The position numbers were made by a program, and so were the translations under genes. The notes under the pieces are model-generated. The model made no database searches. It saw nothing but the letters and a program-made list of their open reading frames with translations, and was not told where the DNA came from. A stretch of 63,740 bases of DNA, counting the filler, from Octopus bimaculoides (lineage: Eukaryota), in the NCBI RefSeq assembly GCF_001194135.2. It is 4 parts of 4 records of this genome, joined end to end, with 100 filler letters (N's around TTAATTAATTAA, not from the genome) between each part and the next. Parts side by side here need not be neighbours in the genome. Positions count along the whole stretch, not along the records: positions 1 to 13,439 come from NC_068981.1; positions 13,540 to 33,384 come from NC_068987.1; 2 more parts are not named here. One strand, written 5' to 3'. This document shows positions 12,215-25,480 of this stretch, one piece after another. How positions within the stretch are numbered: position 1 is the stretch's first letter; every line of letters begins with the position of its first letter.

Positions 12215-12915
12215 AGGTGCATTCCAGAAATTTTGAAACTTTCTGGAGAGACATTTATTAATTTCAAAGAAATACAAACCTCTAGTTTCCTTCAAATTAG
12301 GATCCTGACTTCAATGTATATGTTGTAGAACTCCAGTCACAACTTTATTGTCCCTAAAAGTTTTAGGCTGTGCAATCGCTGGTGAGGTTCGATTGAGTGG
12401 GAGGTTGCTGTGGAAAGCATGGAAACTACGGACGCAAACCCAGGTGAAATCGAGTGCTAATGCAACAAGCTCATGCAATGGCATTATCGGCATTTTGCAT
12501 GGGCAATGGTTGGTAGTGGGATTCCTTGGTCATGAGTGGACAGCTATCATATATATACATCCTATTATAAATTTCAGTGATGTTCTCTGTCCGTTACGTT
12601 TTTATGTTCGTTAACTTCTCCTAGAACGTTGGTGCAAAGACAAAGAAACTCAAACCAGCAACTCCCCTAATCCCAGGGAATATCCTAAGGGAGTCTATTT
12701 TTTTAAGGGCCACCTAATTGGGGCCCTACTAGCCCCCTATTTTTACTATATTTTAAACTAAATACATGGCATTGGTGACCAAATCGGAGCAATGACAATG
12801 AATTTCATACCATGAACTCCCAGGGAGTATTATAAGGAGGTTCAATTTCTGAAGGACCGCTTTAATGGGGCCCCATTGTTTTTACTACATTTACTTCGCT
12901 CCTACGCTTATTGGT

Positions 12916-13297
12916 GGAGGCGCAGTGGCTCAGTGGTTAGGGCAGCAGACTTGCGGTCATAGGATAGCGGTTTTGATTCCCAGACCGGGCGTTGTGAGTG
13001 TTTATTGAGTGAAAACACCTAAAGCTCCACGAGGCTCCGGCAGGGGATGGTGACGAACCCTGCTGTATTCTTTCACCACAACTTTCTCTCACTATTACTT
13101 CCTGTTTCTGTTGTGCCTGTAATTCAAAGGGTCAACCTTGTCACACTGTATCACGCTGAATATCTCTGAGAACTATGTTAAGGTTACACGTTTCAGTGGA
13201 GTGCTCAGCCACTTGCACGTTAATTTCACAAGTAGGCTGTTCCGTTGATCGGATCAACTGGAACCCTCATCGTCGTAAGCGACAAAGTGCCAACAAC
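12916..13297 (+). mobile_element. Full-length tRNA-derived SINE with (CAA)n tail
   Basis: A/B boxes; highly similar to the copy at 57854-58240. Confidence 0.85.
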
Positions 13298-15184
13298 GTT
13301 TATTGATTAAACTATGATCAGCATCAGTGCTTAGCACATTTGTAGAAATAAGTTCGGGCATTTTAAATACCTTCACGTGCTTCAAACCGAGATAAAGAGT
13401 TATAACAGGTACGTTTCAAGTGTGGTAGTGTCTATATTTNNNNNNNNNNNNNNNNNNNNNNNNNNNNNNNNNNNNNNNNNNNNTTAATTAATTAANNNNN
13501 NNNNNNNNNNNNNNNNNNNNNNNNNNNNNNNNNNNNNNNGGGGAGATCGGTCTTAGCATATCTTTTGACAGGTCACTAAGAGAGAGAGAGAGTTGAAGGA
13601 AGGAAGGACAAACTAACATAGATAGGGAGTTAGGGAGTGTCCATATGCTGGATTCTCAATGCCTACCTTCTCAAAGCTTTTACTAGTCACTGAGAGAGGG
13701 GAAAGGGAGACAGAATATTTCGAAAACTGGACGGATTATTTTTTGCAAGAAAGTAACTATTTTATCTAATTTTCCGATTATATAACAGATCATGCGGTGC
13801 ATAGCTTGCATGTCTGAGAGTGCACGCCACTGGCATGCATATATATGTACATACATGCATACACATTAGTTTTTCACTAAGCTGGAAACAGATGGATGAA
13901 ATAATAAATTAGAGATATTACTCATTGACTCTAATACTGACTGCTACTTTATTTTATTGAGCTCCAAAAGAATTAAGGTAGACTTGATCTTTGCGATATT
14001 TGAACTCAAGACATAACTAAACACCACTGTGCATTTTTTCAGATACTCTAACGATTCTGTTACTTCACTACTAAACTAGTTGCCTGTTTTTAGTGATGGA
14101 TTTTTGTAAAATAAAAAATAAATTGTTGATAAACTACGATCCCAACTTATTTCAAATGTAGGCATAGCTGTGTTCTTGACAAGTTTGCTACATGGTTCTG
14201 GGTTCAATTCCACTTCATGACAACTTGCAAGTGTTTTTTACTGTGGCCTTGGGCTCATTAGTTGTATTGGTAAGTGGAAACTATAGAAACTGACATCTTC
14301 ATACACTGTGTGTGTATGTGTGTGCGCGTGTGCGTGCATGCATGCATGTGTGCATGCGCATGTGCACATGTGTGTGTCTGTCTGTGTGTACTGCTGTAAA
14401 TCAGTGTGCCAAGTCCCATTCCTTTAATTAAAAAAAGTAAAATTTATTTGATAAACAAAGAACTCAAAGGTTGAAAAAGGTTGGAATCAATTTGATCAAC
14501 TAAAACCTTGAAAGCAGTGTCCCAGCATGGCCACAGTCCAATGAGTGAAAACACTAAAAGAGTGTCATTCCTTAGCATTTTTCATTTACCTGTGTAAAGG
14601 GTGGCACAATAGCAGAATTTGTGGAATCCTAAACTCACATAAAGCTTTCATTTAACTGGTCATCATGAGTAGGTGTAAAGATATAAACAGTAATGATAAA
14701 AAACAAAAACAGAAAAGCTAAGCTGTTGCATACAGAAAATAGGCATTTAGAGTAAGACAATGTTCATAGTCTTAGATGTCTTCTTGAATGCTCCTATTTA
14801 AAGATGAGAAGTCTGTCCAGCATAATCCTACATAACACCTTGCCAACAAAAAAAGAAGAGATATTTCATGGTAATTCCCACAGTTATCTTTCCAACCTTT
14901 TTCTAAAAAGAGAACCCCCAAGAGCACATCTTTCCAATCATTTGGGACACACACTTCAATCCAAACTTTTTGCATTTAGACATTGATGTAGTCTTTCACT
15001 TCCACATTTCATGATCTTAGCACAGATACCATTTTAAACAGAGCATTTCCCTGATTCTTTGCCAGGAATTGAAACTTTAGTCTACATCTTTCTGTGAACT
15101 CCTTTTCGTTGTTCTTGGCATTAACACTTAGAAATTTATAAGAGTCAACTGTCATACTTAGATAAGTCCTATTATTTTATCTAA

Positions 15185-15993
15185 CACTAGCAGTAATACC
15201 TGTCATTGATTGGGTACTTACTTTTACTGTTTCTCAGGCCAAGAAGCTAGAAAAATAGGTACATCATATAGAAGAATAGTTTTACAGAATCCAGTTGACT
15301 GCGATTGCACTTAAAAGGCTGTAGGTCAAGTGGAACATCCATTTGTCACTGTTCCTTTTGATGTTTAAATAGGCGGTATGCCAAAGGAGAATTGAAAGAT
15401 TCAGTTTCAATGTGAATGAAGCTAGAAGTGTAGCTATATCATATAGAAGAATAGCTTTGCAGAATCCAGGTGACTGTGCGATGGCACCTAGAAGGCCACA
15501 GGTGAAGTGGAAGGCTCATTTGTCATGGCTTCTTTTGACATTTGAATAAGCCCAAGGAGAACTGAAAGATTCAGTTTCAAATCTGAATCAGGATGAGACT
15601 ACGAGTATATATTTAAGTTTACTCATCCTGTATGTGTGTATTATATTATATTATATAATTGAAGTAGAAAAAAGATGAATTTCATATACGAACTTCTGTT
15701 TGTTCTTCAAGTTTCAATCTAGCAACTTTTAGTGTTTGGCCCTGAATTTTGTTAATGCTCATGGCAAAAGAAACTTGGATAGGAAACTGTAACACCTTAA
15801 ATTGGAATGGGACGTTAGATGATATAACTGGTATGTGAGGAACAAAGATGGTGTCACCTTTACCACAACCAGTGAGAATATTTGCCTCAATGCAGTTCCT
15901 CATAAGTTAGTGCACAATTAGAATTGTACCATTGCATAATTTTGGACAAACAAACGAACTAACACAGAAATGGACAGAATCTCTCTGTTTCAA

Positions 15994-16057
<64 letters not shown>

Positions 16058-16300
16058 GACAGATACATATACATAATAGCTTCCTTGAACCATTCACTTT
16101 CATTTTGGTGGACAAACAAAAGAGAAATAGATATAATAGATAAAGAAAATAATAATAAAAATAGATAGATACATATACATAATAGCTGGCACACTGGGCA
16201 AGGTGCTTTGTGGCATTTCATATGTCTTTACCTTCTGAGTTTTGGTAGACAAACAAACAAACACACAAACAGACAGAATCTCACATTTATATATATAGAG
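15185..16300. mobile_element. Non-autonomous Helitron-like element carrying a helicase fragment
   Basis: Starts actagcagtaatacctgtcattg; repeated subterminal motif tttgg(ta)gacaaacaaac...gacagaatctc; internal 175-bp tandem duplication; PIF1-type fragment. Confidence 0.55.
15682..15993 (-). pseudogene. Helitron PIF1-like helicase C-terminal fragment, copy 1
   Basis: IEANILTGCGKGDTIFVPHIPVISSNVPFQFKVLQFPIQVSFAMSINKIQGQTL (cf. RxQFPvrlaFAmTInKsQGQTL). Confidence 0.9.
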
Positions 16301-17941
16301 ATAATAAGTTAAACTCAGTTCAACAGAGATAAACTCATTAACTTTGTTTTGTTCTCCAACCTACATCCAGCTTTTGAACATGAATAAATTTAAACCCTCT
16401 TTTTCTTCTAGTACCTTGCCAGAGGAGTATGCCTGCACCGAATATTTTAGGATAGTTTATTTTCACTTTTAGATGCCACACATCTTTCTCTTTCTAGCAT
16501 ACTTATCTCTTTTCTTGTCCAACACTTGTCCAGAAGTACATGGCTATTTTTACCATTATTTTCTCACCACTGTAAAACAGGAAACTGCTACAGCCTTTGT
16601 ACACTGTTCCTGACAATGAATTGATGATAAATAAAATCTGTAAGAAATAACTTCTTTCTTTCTTCTGTTGATTCATTTGATGCATATCACAATGTCCTAT
16701 AAAATTTAAATAATCTGCTATCAGTAACATACATCTGTTACACATTCATCCTGAGCAACTTACCATTATTACTTCTTCAAGAGAAGGGGTTTCTGTCATA
16801 TATTCTTTTATGGGAAAACAGGGAATCAAGCCAACAAACTCATTATCAACCTGAGATTTTTGAATTTTTAAATCTTGTTAAAGTATTTTTCCACTTGACA
16901 AGAATATTTTTAGGATCTCTGAGCAATTCTTTGCCATCTAGAGTATGCAGATGAGCACAGGAGAGGATGATGATATATAAAATTTCTATAACAAGTTATA
17001 CGGAAGTTTTGTATTATTGGAGTCAGATGCAGATTGATTCTGACCTACTTTATTCCACCACCAAGTATCCTGTATGTCACAATGCTGATGTTGTACCTTG
17101 CTCTTTACCATCCTATACAAGGTTTTATACTTATGCATTTCTGGTTCTCCACTAAAGACTCTTGTAAGCACTTCATTCTTTTCATTTTATAGTATCTGAG
17201 TTTCATCATTTTCATCAAACCGATTTTGATGTTTTCTTTCCACTAAACCCTGAATATCTGTGAAAATGCCATTCATGGTTTTTGAACTCTTTTCACAGGT
17301 CATTGAAATGAATGTTGACCATTCTTTTCACCAACTCTTCCTTAATAGCATCATTACATTTAATTTCATTTGAATGGTCATACCATTGGCTCTTAATTTC
17401 AGTTTTATAACAAACTTCACCTTTGCACAAACAAGACAATGGTCAGTCCACTATTCAGTTTCCTACATACTGTGGACATATACATATCACAAACATCACC
17501 CCTATGAACAAGAACAAAATTAAACATGTGCCATGGCTTTGAGATTAAATACATCCAGATTGTTTGGTATTATATTTCTGCTGGAACATGGTGTTTGCTA
17601 TCAGTTTGTTCTGTGAAGTGACCCTCTTCAAAGAGTCCCATTTCAGATAAAGCCATCATATCTATGTTATATTTCAGTCGCTTCCTTATTACTAGCACTG
17701 ATCTTCCTTCAGGACATGTCATAGAGGATTCATAATCCAATGAGTTGCAAATATTTCAGCAATCAATATTCAATGGTCTGAACTTTCTCACAATTGCAAG
17801 ATGATGACTAGACCAGGTTGGATGCCCTGGGACATCTGCCAAGCTAGATCCTTTCACTGTCCATTCCAGAGATCTTATTACTGTAAATTATTGAAATTTT
17901 TCACTGAGCATTTTGCCATTTTTTAACTACTGCCAGCCACA

Positions 17942-18251
17942 TCATATACGAACTTCTGTTTGTTCTTCAAGTTTCAATCTAGCAACTTTTAGTGTTTGGC
18001 CCTGAATTTTGTTAATGCTCATGGCAAAAGAAACTTGGATAGGAAACTGTAACACCTTAAATTGGAATGGAACGTTAGATGGTATAACTGGTATGTGAGG
18101 AACAAAGACGGTGTCACCTTTACCACAACCAGTGAGAATATTTGCCTCAATGCAGTTCCTCATAGGTTTGTGCACAATTAGTATTGTACCATTGCATAAT
18201 TTTGGACAAACAAACGAACTAACACAAAAATGGACAGAATCTCTCTGTTTC

Positions 18252-18253
<2 letters not shown>
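17942..18253 (-). pseudogene. Helitron helicase fragment, copy 2
   Basis: Same breakpoints as copy 1; about 8 substitutions in ~310 bp counted by eye. Confidence 0.9.
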
Positions 18254-18301
<48 letters not shown>

Positions 18302-18984
18302 TTGCTATGCACAAATCCAGCTCCTGACACGTTTGCACCTTCTGACATGTTTTTTGTTTACATCCCAGGTTTGATAATCCTTTCCAACTCTAACATTGAG
18401 GTCACAACTCAATAATAATAATAATAATAGACAGATATTAAAAATTAAGCTACACTTGTGCTGTGGTTGAAGTTTTTTAAAGTAAGGAAAGGACTTGCAC
18501 AGGGCTAATCCCACTCTCTAAACAATGTATGCATTTGTCCAAAAAGAAAAACTAGTTTACATCATTGGATGCAAACAAACAGGTGTTACATGGGAGTTTG
18601 CCTTCTAGAAAGATGTCTAAATAAAAACTTGGGGGTTCTCACTCCTGGCTGTTGGATGGTTGTTGACATACTGTGTTCATCTGTCCTTTGGCAAGTTTTG
18701 TTATCCATTCCTTACCAAGCAGGCCTGGTAGGGTTACTGGTTTAGTTGCCAACAGCCAAACCTTGTGACAGGTTGTACTGAGTTACATGTTACCAGTAGC
18801 ACTAATAGTGACTCACATATGCATGTGAATCAGTAACAACTGTGTGCTTAATCACTTTGTTTACAAATAGGTGTTTCCATATTCAATTTTTCTTGACATA
18901 CATACATTCATACATATGCATACACACATGTGCGCGGGTGCGTGCCCCCCCCCCCACACACACACACATACAGAGCTTTAGTTG

Positions 18985-20880
18985 ATTTGGATAAAACATT
19001 TGACAGAATACCACATTCAGTAATCTGGTGGGCTGTGAGGAAACTACAGGGTCTTGCAAATAAATTGAGACAATTTTTATGATGCATAAAACTGGTTATA
19101 AATACTAAAATAATGGTAGTAGACAGATATATTTTTAAGGCAACATTTATTACAACAAAAACATTTATCTCTCAATTTGGCTGCCCTTTTGCACAATTAA
19201 TGCCTCCACATAAGAACAAAAAATTTTTGCAGCTGCTGCAACCTCTGTCTTTTTGATTTTGCATGCCACATGCATGATGCAGATCTTCAAACTGTTGACA
19301 CTCAAGTGTGGCGAAGTATTGATCCTTGCCTGAAGTATGCCCCATAAAAAGTAATTGAGAATGTTGAGATCTGGGCTATTACTGGGCCAGATGTTGGCCC
19401 TCACAAAAAATGGTACCTCCTCACCAAGGAAAGCCTGTGTTGCTTTTGAGCCATGGCATGGTGCAGAATCCTGGATAAGCACTACATTGTCAAACCCAAA
19501 CTTCTGCTCCATCCAAGGTAACAGAGGATGTTCAGATAATCTTTTGTACTGATCTTCAAGCTAGACTCAATGAAGTGTGGATCCATGACACTTCCATCAC
19601 TCACCATGGCTCCAAATATCATCACAGAGGCAGGATTCTTAGTCTCAAACATAGTGGGGATATCAGGAATGTTGTATGCAATCACCTGAGAATTTCTGTG
19701 ATTCACCTCAGTATCCACAGTGAACTTCTCATTCACAAACACGAGAGTTTTTCCTGCAACTTGATGCTTGAGGAATGACAGAAACTTTGGGCATCTCTCA
19801 GCTCTGATTGCTTTGGTCTTGGCTGTTAGGAGGTGATTGCATTGTCAAAAAGAGCTAGTCATGTCAAGGTTCCTGTTCACAGCTCTAGACACTGTGGAAA
19901 GGGACACATTGTGCTTCTTTGCAAGAGTTGTCATGGATGTGGATGGGTTGGCTTTAGTCGAGTGTTTGAGGCCAGTGAGGAACTTTGGATTGTGCTTGAA
20001 ATCACTTCGAGTTTTATATTCTTTTCTATCAATCTTTCCCTCTTATTTGAATTGTTTATACACATGATAAACTGTTACTTTTGGAAGTTTCATCAACTTA
20101 ACAATTTTATTAGCAGTGTGCCCGGCTCACTCCAAGACAATAATGGCAGAACAATTCTGTTATCAAATCAGTTTGCTATTTACCTGAAAAGTAAAGAGGA
20201 GGATTAGATTGTCATGCAAGCAAGGTTTTGTCAAAAAATAAAATGTTAAGCCCATTATATCAAATGCCTAAATTTGGTCTCAATTTATCTTCAAGACCTT
20301 GTAGATGTATATAAATGACTTGTGCAGGTGGTTCAAGCTAAAGCTATGTACAAGGATGCTGTAAGTAAAGTGGCAATGACTTCAGTGAGGAATTTAGTGT
20401 GAAAGTAGGAATCCATCAAGGTTCAGTCCTCAATCCTCTCCCATTCATCATTGTCCTCCAAGCCATCACTGGCTGTCCTTGGAAACTCCTATATGCTGAT
20501 GATTTATTCCTCATAGCTGAATCTATAGGGAGAATTAGAGAAGAAATTCCTGGAAGGGAAGCTAAACCTGGAATTAAGGGACTTTAAAGTTAACCTGTCA
20601 AAGACTAAGGTCTCAGTAAGTAGGAAAGACAACAGGACCCCAGTACGTTCAGGGAAATGGTCTTGTTGAATACACAGAAATGATGTAGGTATAAAGTTCA
20701 TACACTGTACTTGATGTAAGCTACGAACACACAAGGATGTAGTGGAATCACTGGCAGACTATCTGAGAATGTAAGCTTCAAATGTGGTAGATGCACAAGA
20801 GCATTACACATAAGCACACCTGAAATTGATTCTCTTCAAGACCCAGATGATTCATTAGAAATAGTTGATAGCTTTTGTTA
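18985..20880 (+). mobile_element. RTE RT fragment split by a maT transposon
   Basis: VDLDKTFDRIPHSVIWWAVRKL (left) continues as DVYK*LVQVVQA...[29 protein letters not shown] (right). Confidence 0.85.
19047..20301 (-). mobile_element. Full-length defective maT (DD37D) Tc1/mariner transposon, 1255 bp
   Basis: ~25-bp TIRs cagggtcttgcaaataaattgagac / gtctcaatttatcttcaagaccttg; TA on both sides; NEKFTV, IQDSAPCH, WPSNSPDLNILNY with 37 residues between D2 and the D3 position (mutated to N). Confidence 0.92.
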
Positions 20881-21504
20881 CAAGTAATACCTTTTGGCAC
20901 AAGTAATACCTTTTCATATGAGTTAATTGTTGTTGAAATATATTATATAAGTCTACATGTGTTCATTGTTAAGAAAACTAAAATTTAAGTTGCAGCTATC
21001 ATCTATCTTATCTACTCTATACCGCTATATCTTAATTACCCAACAACTTGTTAACAAAGAAAGAATATGTTTTAACGTATTCAATGGGAATGAACTAGCA
21101 CTATCTGATAAGGTTATTCTTCAACAGAATAATAAGCAATAACTATCAATAACACTGTTATGTAAACAGTTATTATACTTTTTAAATTAAAGTCAGGTTC
21201 AGTCTTTATTACTTGTCATAAAACAAGAGAGAAAGCACAGTAAAATAAATCTCACACATTCATATCTCTCTATCCTAACTGTCATATGTTACATTCTATG
21301 GAAAAAAGCTTTTATGTGAACTTCTTGCATGACTGTCACATGAGCTTAACACATGAACATTGATCAATTAATTTGTATATTAACAGATAGAATTCTGAGC
21401 TACCTTCTTTAAAAACAAACAATTTTTATAATAACTACCAGATAAAACCTAATTTGCAATACACTGTATGGTTTTGAAAATCTAATATGAAACTGGTCTA
21501 GTGT

Positions 21505-21864
21505 ATTCATCATCGTCGTTTAACGTCCGCTTTCCATGCTACCATGGGTTGGACGATTTGACTGAGGACTGGTGAAACCAGATGGCTACACCAGGCTCCA
21601 ATCTGATTTGGCAGAGTTTCTACAGCTGGATGCCCTTCCTAACACCAACCACTCAGAGAGTGTAGTGGGTGCTTTTACGTGCCACCGGCACGAAGGCCAG
21701 TCAGGCGGTACTGGCAATGGCCATGCTCAAAATGGTGTATTTTATGTGCCACCCGCACAAGAGCCAGTCCAGGGGCACTGGCAACGACCTCGCTTGAAAG
21801 TCCTTATATTTTAAAATCTAATTAATTCTATTTTGTGTGCTACTTTCACTTGTTTGAATTAATA

Positions 21865-21929
<65 letters not shown>

Positions 21930-22900
21930 TCATCATCATCATTTGACGTCTGTTGTCCATGCTGGCATGGGTTGGACAGTTTGACCAGAACTGGTAAACT
22001 GAGGAGCTGCACCAAACTCCAGTCTGATTTGGCATAGTTTCTATGGCTGAATGCCCTTCCTAATGCTAACCACTCCAAGAGTGTAATGGGTACTTTTACG
22101 TTCCACCAGCACAGATGCCAGTTGCGTGACATCAGTATCTGCCACGACTACAATTTCACTTGGCTTGATGGGTCTTCTACTAAAACACAGCATATTGCCA
22201 ACAGTCTCAGTCATATGTCATTGCCTCCATGAAGCCCAACACCTGAAAGGTGCTTTTTACATGCCACTTGCACAAGTGCTAGTTACACAACACCAGCATC
22301 GACCACATTTCCTCTGTGAGAACCAACACTTGAAAGGTGCTTTTTACATGCCAGTTACATGACACCAGCATCAACTCCAACTATGATTTCACTTGGCTTG
22401 ACAGGTCTTCTCAAGCATGGCATATCGCCAAAGATCTTGGTTACTAGTCATTGCCTCCATGAGACCTATTGTTTGAAGATCATGCTTCACCACCTCATCT
22501 CATGTTTTCCTGGATCTACTTCTTCCACAGTTTCCCTTCACAGTTAGAGATTGGCACTTCTTTACACAGCTGTCCTCATCTATATGCATCACATGACCAT
22601 ACCAGTGCAGTCGTCTCTCTTGCACACTACAGCTGATGTCTCTTATGCCCAACTTTTCTCTCAAAATGCTTACACTCTGTCATACAAGCACACTGACATT
22701 TCACATCCAGCAAAGCATGCAAGATTCATTTCTTTCAAGTCTGCGCATGTCCTCATCATTGTTTAACATCTCTTTTCCATGCTGGCATGAGTTGGACAGT
22801 TTGACAGGAGCTGGGTGGCCAGACTGCCATCCAGGCTCCAATCATCTATTTGGCATGGTTTCTATGGATGCACTTCCTAATGCCAACCACTTTACGAAAT
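21505..22900 (-). mobile_element. Stacked RTE 3' fragments with an internal subrepeat array
   Basis: Three 3'-end copies plus RT C-terminal region (tgcttcaccacctcatc..tttcctggatctac) and gaaaggtgctttttacatgcca repeats. Confidence 0.8.
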
Positions 22901-23190
22901 AGTTGTACCACTCCTTGCTCTGAGTTTTTACTGATGGCATCATTACCAAAGGCCTGTTGAAACCTCTGGATGGTTTGAGCGTGAATATCACCAAGCTTTT
23001 GGCAAAACTTGATGCAATATCCCTGCCTGATGAGTTTGGAGAAAATAAAACTCCAACCAGTGCATACTACACATCTGTACTCTTGGCATAACAACCAGGA
23101 ACTGATGTGGCCTACCAACGTGAAAATTTTCATGCTTGCAAAGGAGGGTTTCCATTGTCTCCCCAAAGAATTTTCCCTGTGTGACATTAA
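22895..23190 (-). mobile_element. Mariner 5' fragment (HTH region)
   Basis: [33 protein letters not shown]. Confidence 0.8.
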
Positions 23191-23227
23191 TTTTGATGAG
23201 AATGTGAGATATGAATGGAGGCATCCC

Positions 23228-23925
23228 TGTAAGACGCCGGAGTTCTGCGAGGAAGAGAAGGGACCCGCCGGCGTGAAAGTAGGNNNNNNNNNNNNNNNNN
23301 NNNNNNNNNNNNNNNNNNNNNNNNNNNNNNNNNNNNNNNNNNNNNNNNNNNNNNNNNNNNNNNNNNNNNNNNNNNNNNNNNNNNNNNNNNNNNNNNNNNN
23401 NNNNNNNNNNNNNNNNNNNNNNNNNNNNNNNNNNNNNNNNNNNNNNNNNNNNNNNNNNNNNNNNNNNNNNNNNNNNNNNNNNNNNNNNNNNNNNNNNNNN
23501 NNNNNNNNNNNNNNNNNNNNNNNNNNNNNNNNNNNNNNNNNNNNNNNNGAGTAGGGGTGAACGTGATCTTTAAGATCAGGGTGGCGTGTGGTATGACGTC
23601 AGTGTCTGGGGAGGCTGACCGGAAGGGCGAGTCGACCGGAAGGGGAAACAGGGCAGAGGGAGCCTCGATCGACGTTCGTGCCCTTTTCGAACGGGGCTGC
23701 GGTCAGGACAAGACGTGTTAAGCGACGGTCTAGGTTTGGGAAGGTTTGGGAGAAGCAGCTGCTATACCTGGTGTACCTTGGGTCGGGGAAAGCTTCAAGG
23801 ATAGGCTACCGCAAGACGGACTCGCAGTCGAGGAAAGGAAAACCGAGGTAAGGCGATTAGATCTACTCGTACGCACACACCACAGAGAAAAAATAAAGTT
23901 GGATACTTTTCGAATGCACCTCACA
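23228..23925 (+). mobile_element. Probable young solo LTR (contains an N gap)
   Basis: TGTAAG...CTCACA termini; AATAAA at 23892, ~30 nt before the end; GC/CpG-rich in an AT-rich background. No clear TSD. Confidence 0.55.
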
Positions 23926-25480
23926 CATGTAAATGTTTGTAAATGAATATGAGAATGTATTTTCGTGTGTGTGTACAGAATTAATGTTAGGGGACACCAA
24001 CTGAAGCCTCAAGAGTAAGGCTTCATATATGCTTTGAACTAGAAATCTGAATTTTGTTTTTTATTTATTTTTTTCTGAGTGAGTTCACATATTTCCTTTT
24101 GACATTTCAAATACTTAGAAGTTCACTCATGAATGGATCATATACATACATTTTGTCCATTTGAATGGAGTCAATATGCCTATATAGTATTATAAATTTA
24201 TATTGCATTGCATGTTTATTTCTTAAGTTGATTGTGTTTCAAATAATGATATCTGATGAAATGAATGAACAATATCTTATTTTATTACATAGTTACATAT
24301 ATTGTATATATCACATTTCTGTATATGTGGTAAGGAATAAAAAATGTTTGTAATGGTTGTAACGTTCAATTTGAATTTCTCTTTTCTTCATTTGAATTAT
24401 TATTATACACTTTGTGAAGCATATATTATGCCTCTTGGATTATGCCTTGGATTTTCATAGTGGTTCCCTTCCTAATCAATTGGAGTTTAACCAATGTTTA
24501 TTCAGTTACCTGAATACTAAGCCAGCCAGGTTCCTACATGAAGCACTGATGAGCTGATAGCCTGGATTATAATTATCCCCTCAATTTTTATAACAGAATG
24601 TTAAAGAAGATAGTGGGAGTTGTAATTTGTGCTTGGTAGAAGTGCTTGAATTATTCAATTGTAAATCCAACCTAATTCACCAACGTAATGAGCTATTAAT
24701 TCACTGTTCACACTTATCAACAAAACATTCTAAAATTTCCACAAAATCCCACCTAATTAACTTACGAGGGTACAAGTAAAATTAATGCCTATGTCACCTT
24801 TTTAGGGATTCTTCCTCTTCCTTCTTAAATTACCTACTATGTAATATACCAAGTACTCTTTTTCTAAATAATTTTTAATCTTTAATCTAATTCCTAACTA
24901 TTGCACCTAATGTAATTCAGTTTAATTTTTTGTTTACTTGAATTCCCTTTAACCATAGTAAACTTGATATTTCTTGAAAAGAAGTGAAAGGCAAATAATT
25001 AACTTATAAATTATACATGCTCTAACTATACACCCAGATGATATTTCCTAACTTCCTTCTCTAGCTACTTTAAATACATTTCTATAGCAGACTGGCCAAC
25101 AAATAAAGTCATTAGATTGTAATCTTCCTTAATCTTAGTCTTATCAAAGACTAACATACACCAACATTTGATGACAACTTGACCTCCCAGGACTGTGGTA
25201 TATCATAAATCATAGAACATAATTTAATATCCCACTGCCATGAATTTTGTTTGTAGCAGAACTTTTATGCTCTGAAGATAATAACTGTAGGCTAACTGTT
25301 CTATAAATAAATTGAGTAATTAATTAATTTATAATGCTAGAAGCCATTATATGATGGTTCATAAGAGAATAAAGTTATGTAAGAATATAATTCTTCATTC
25401 TTTGTCTGATTGTTATAATTACATACATGCACACACAAACCACACACATGCACACATATATACACACATACATACACATA

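Larger units (their letters stand above)
14770..18830 (-). mobile_element. Old fragmented RTE LINE (5' UTR, endonuclease, RT), interrupted by Helitron-type inserts
   Basis: RT: VPNDWKDVLLGVLFLEKGWKDNCGNYHEISLL (~14800-14970); EN: KYNIDMMALSE and WTDHCLVCAK (~17400-17700). Confidence 0.75.

Noticed and set aside
12916-12990. tRNA-like A/B boxes (also at 11690-11762, 57854, 58827)
   Set aside because: They continue into SINE bodies with tails; these are SINE heads, not tRNA genes
13484-13495. TTAATTAATTAA embedded in N runs (also 33429-33440 and 62531-62542)
   Set aside because: Identical tag centred in gaps, so a scaffolding artefact
14590-14628. 39-nt minus-strand exon candidate with a CAG|GTAAAT donor
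   Set aside because: Poor acceptor context and no way to choose a frame; could be chance
22130-22400. Repeat-spacer-like periodicity suggestive of CRISPR
   Set aside because: Eukaryotic LINE 3' UTR subrepeats; no cas genes and no unique spacers
24400-25300. Possible degraded retroelement ORF
   Set aside because: No convincing motif recovered in any frame
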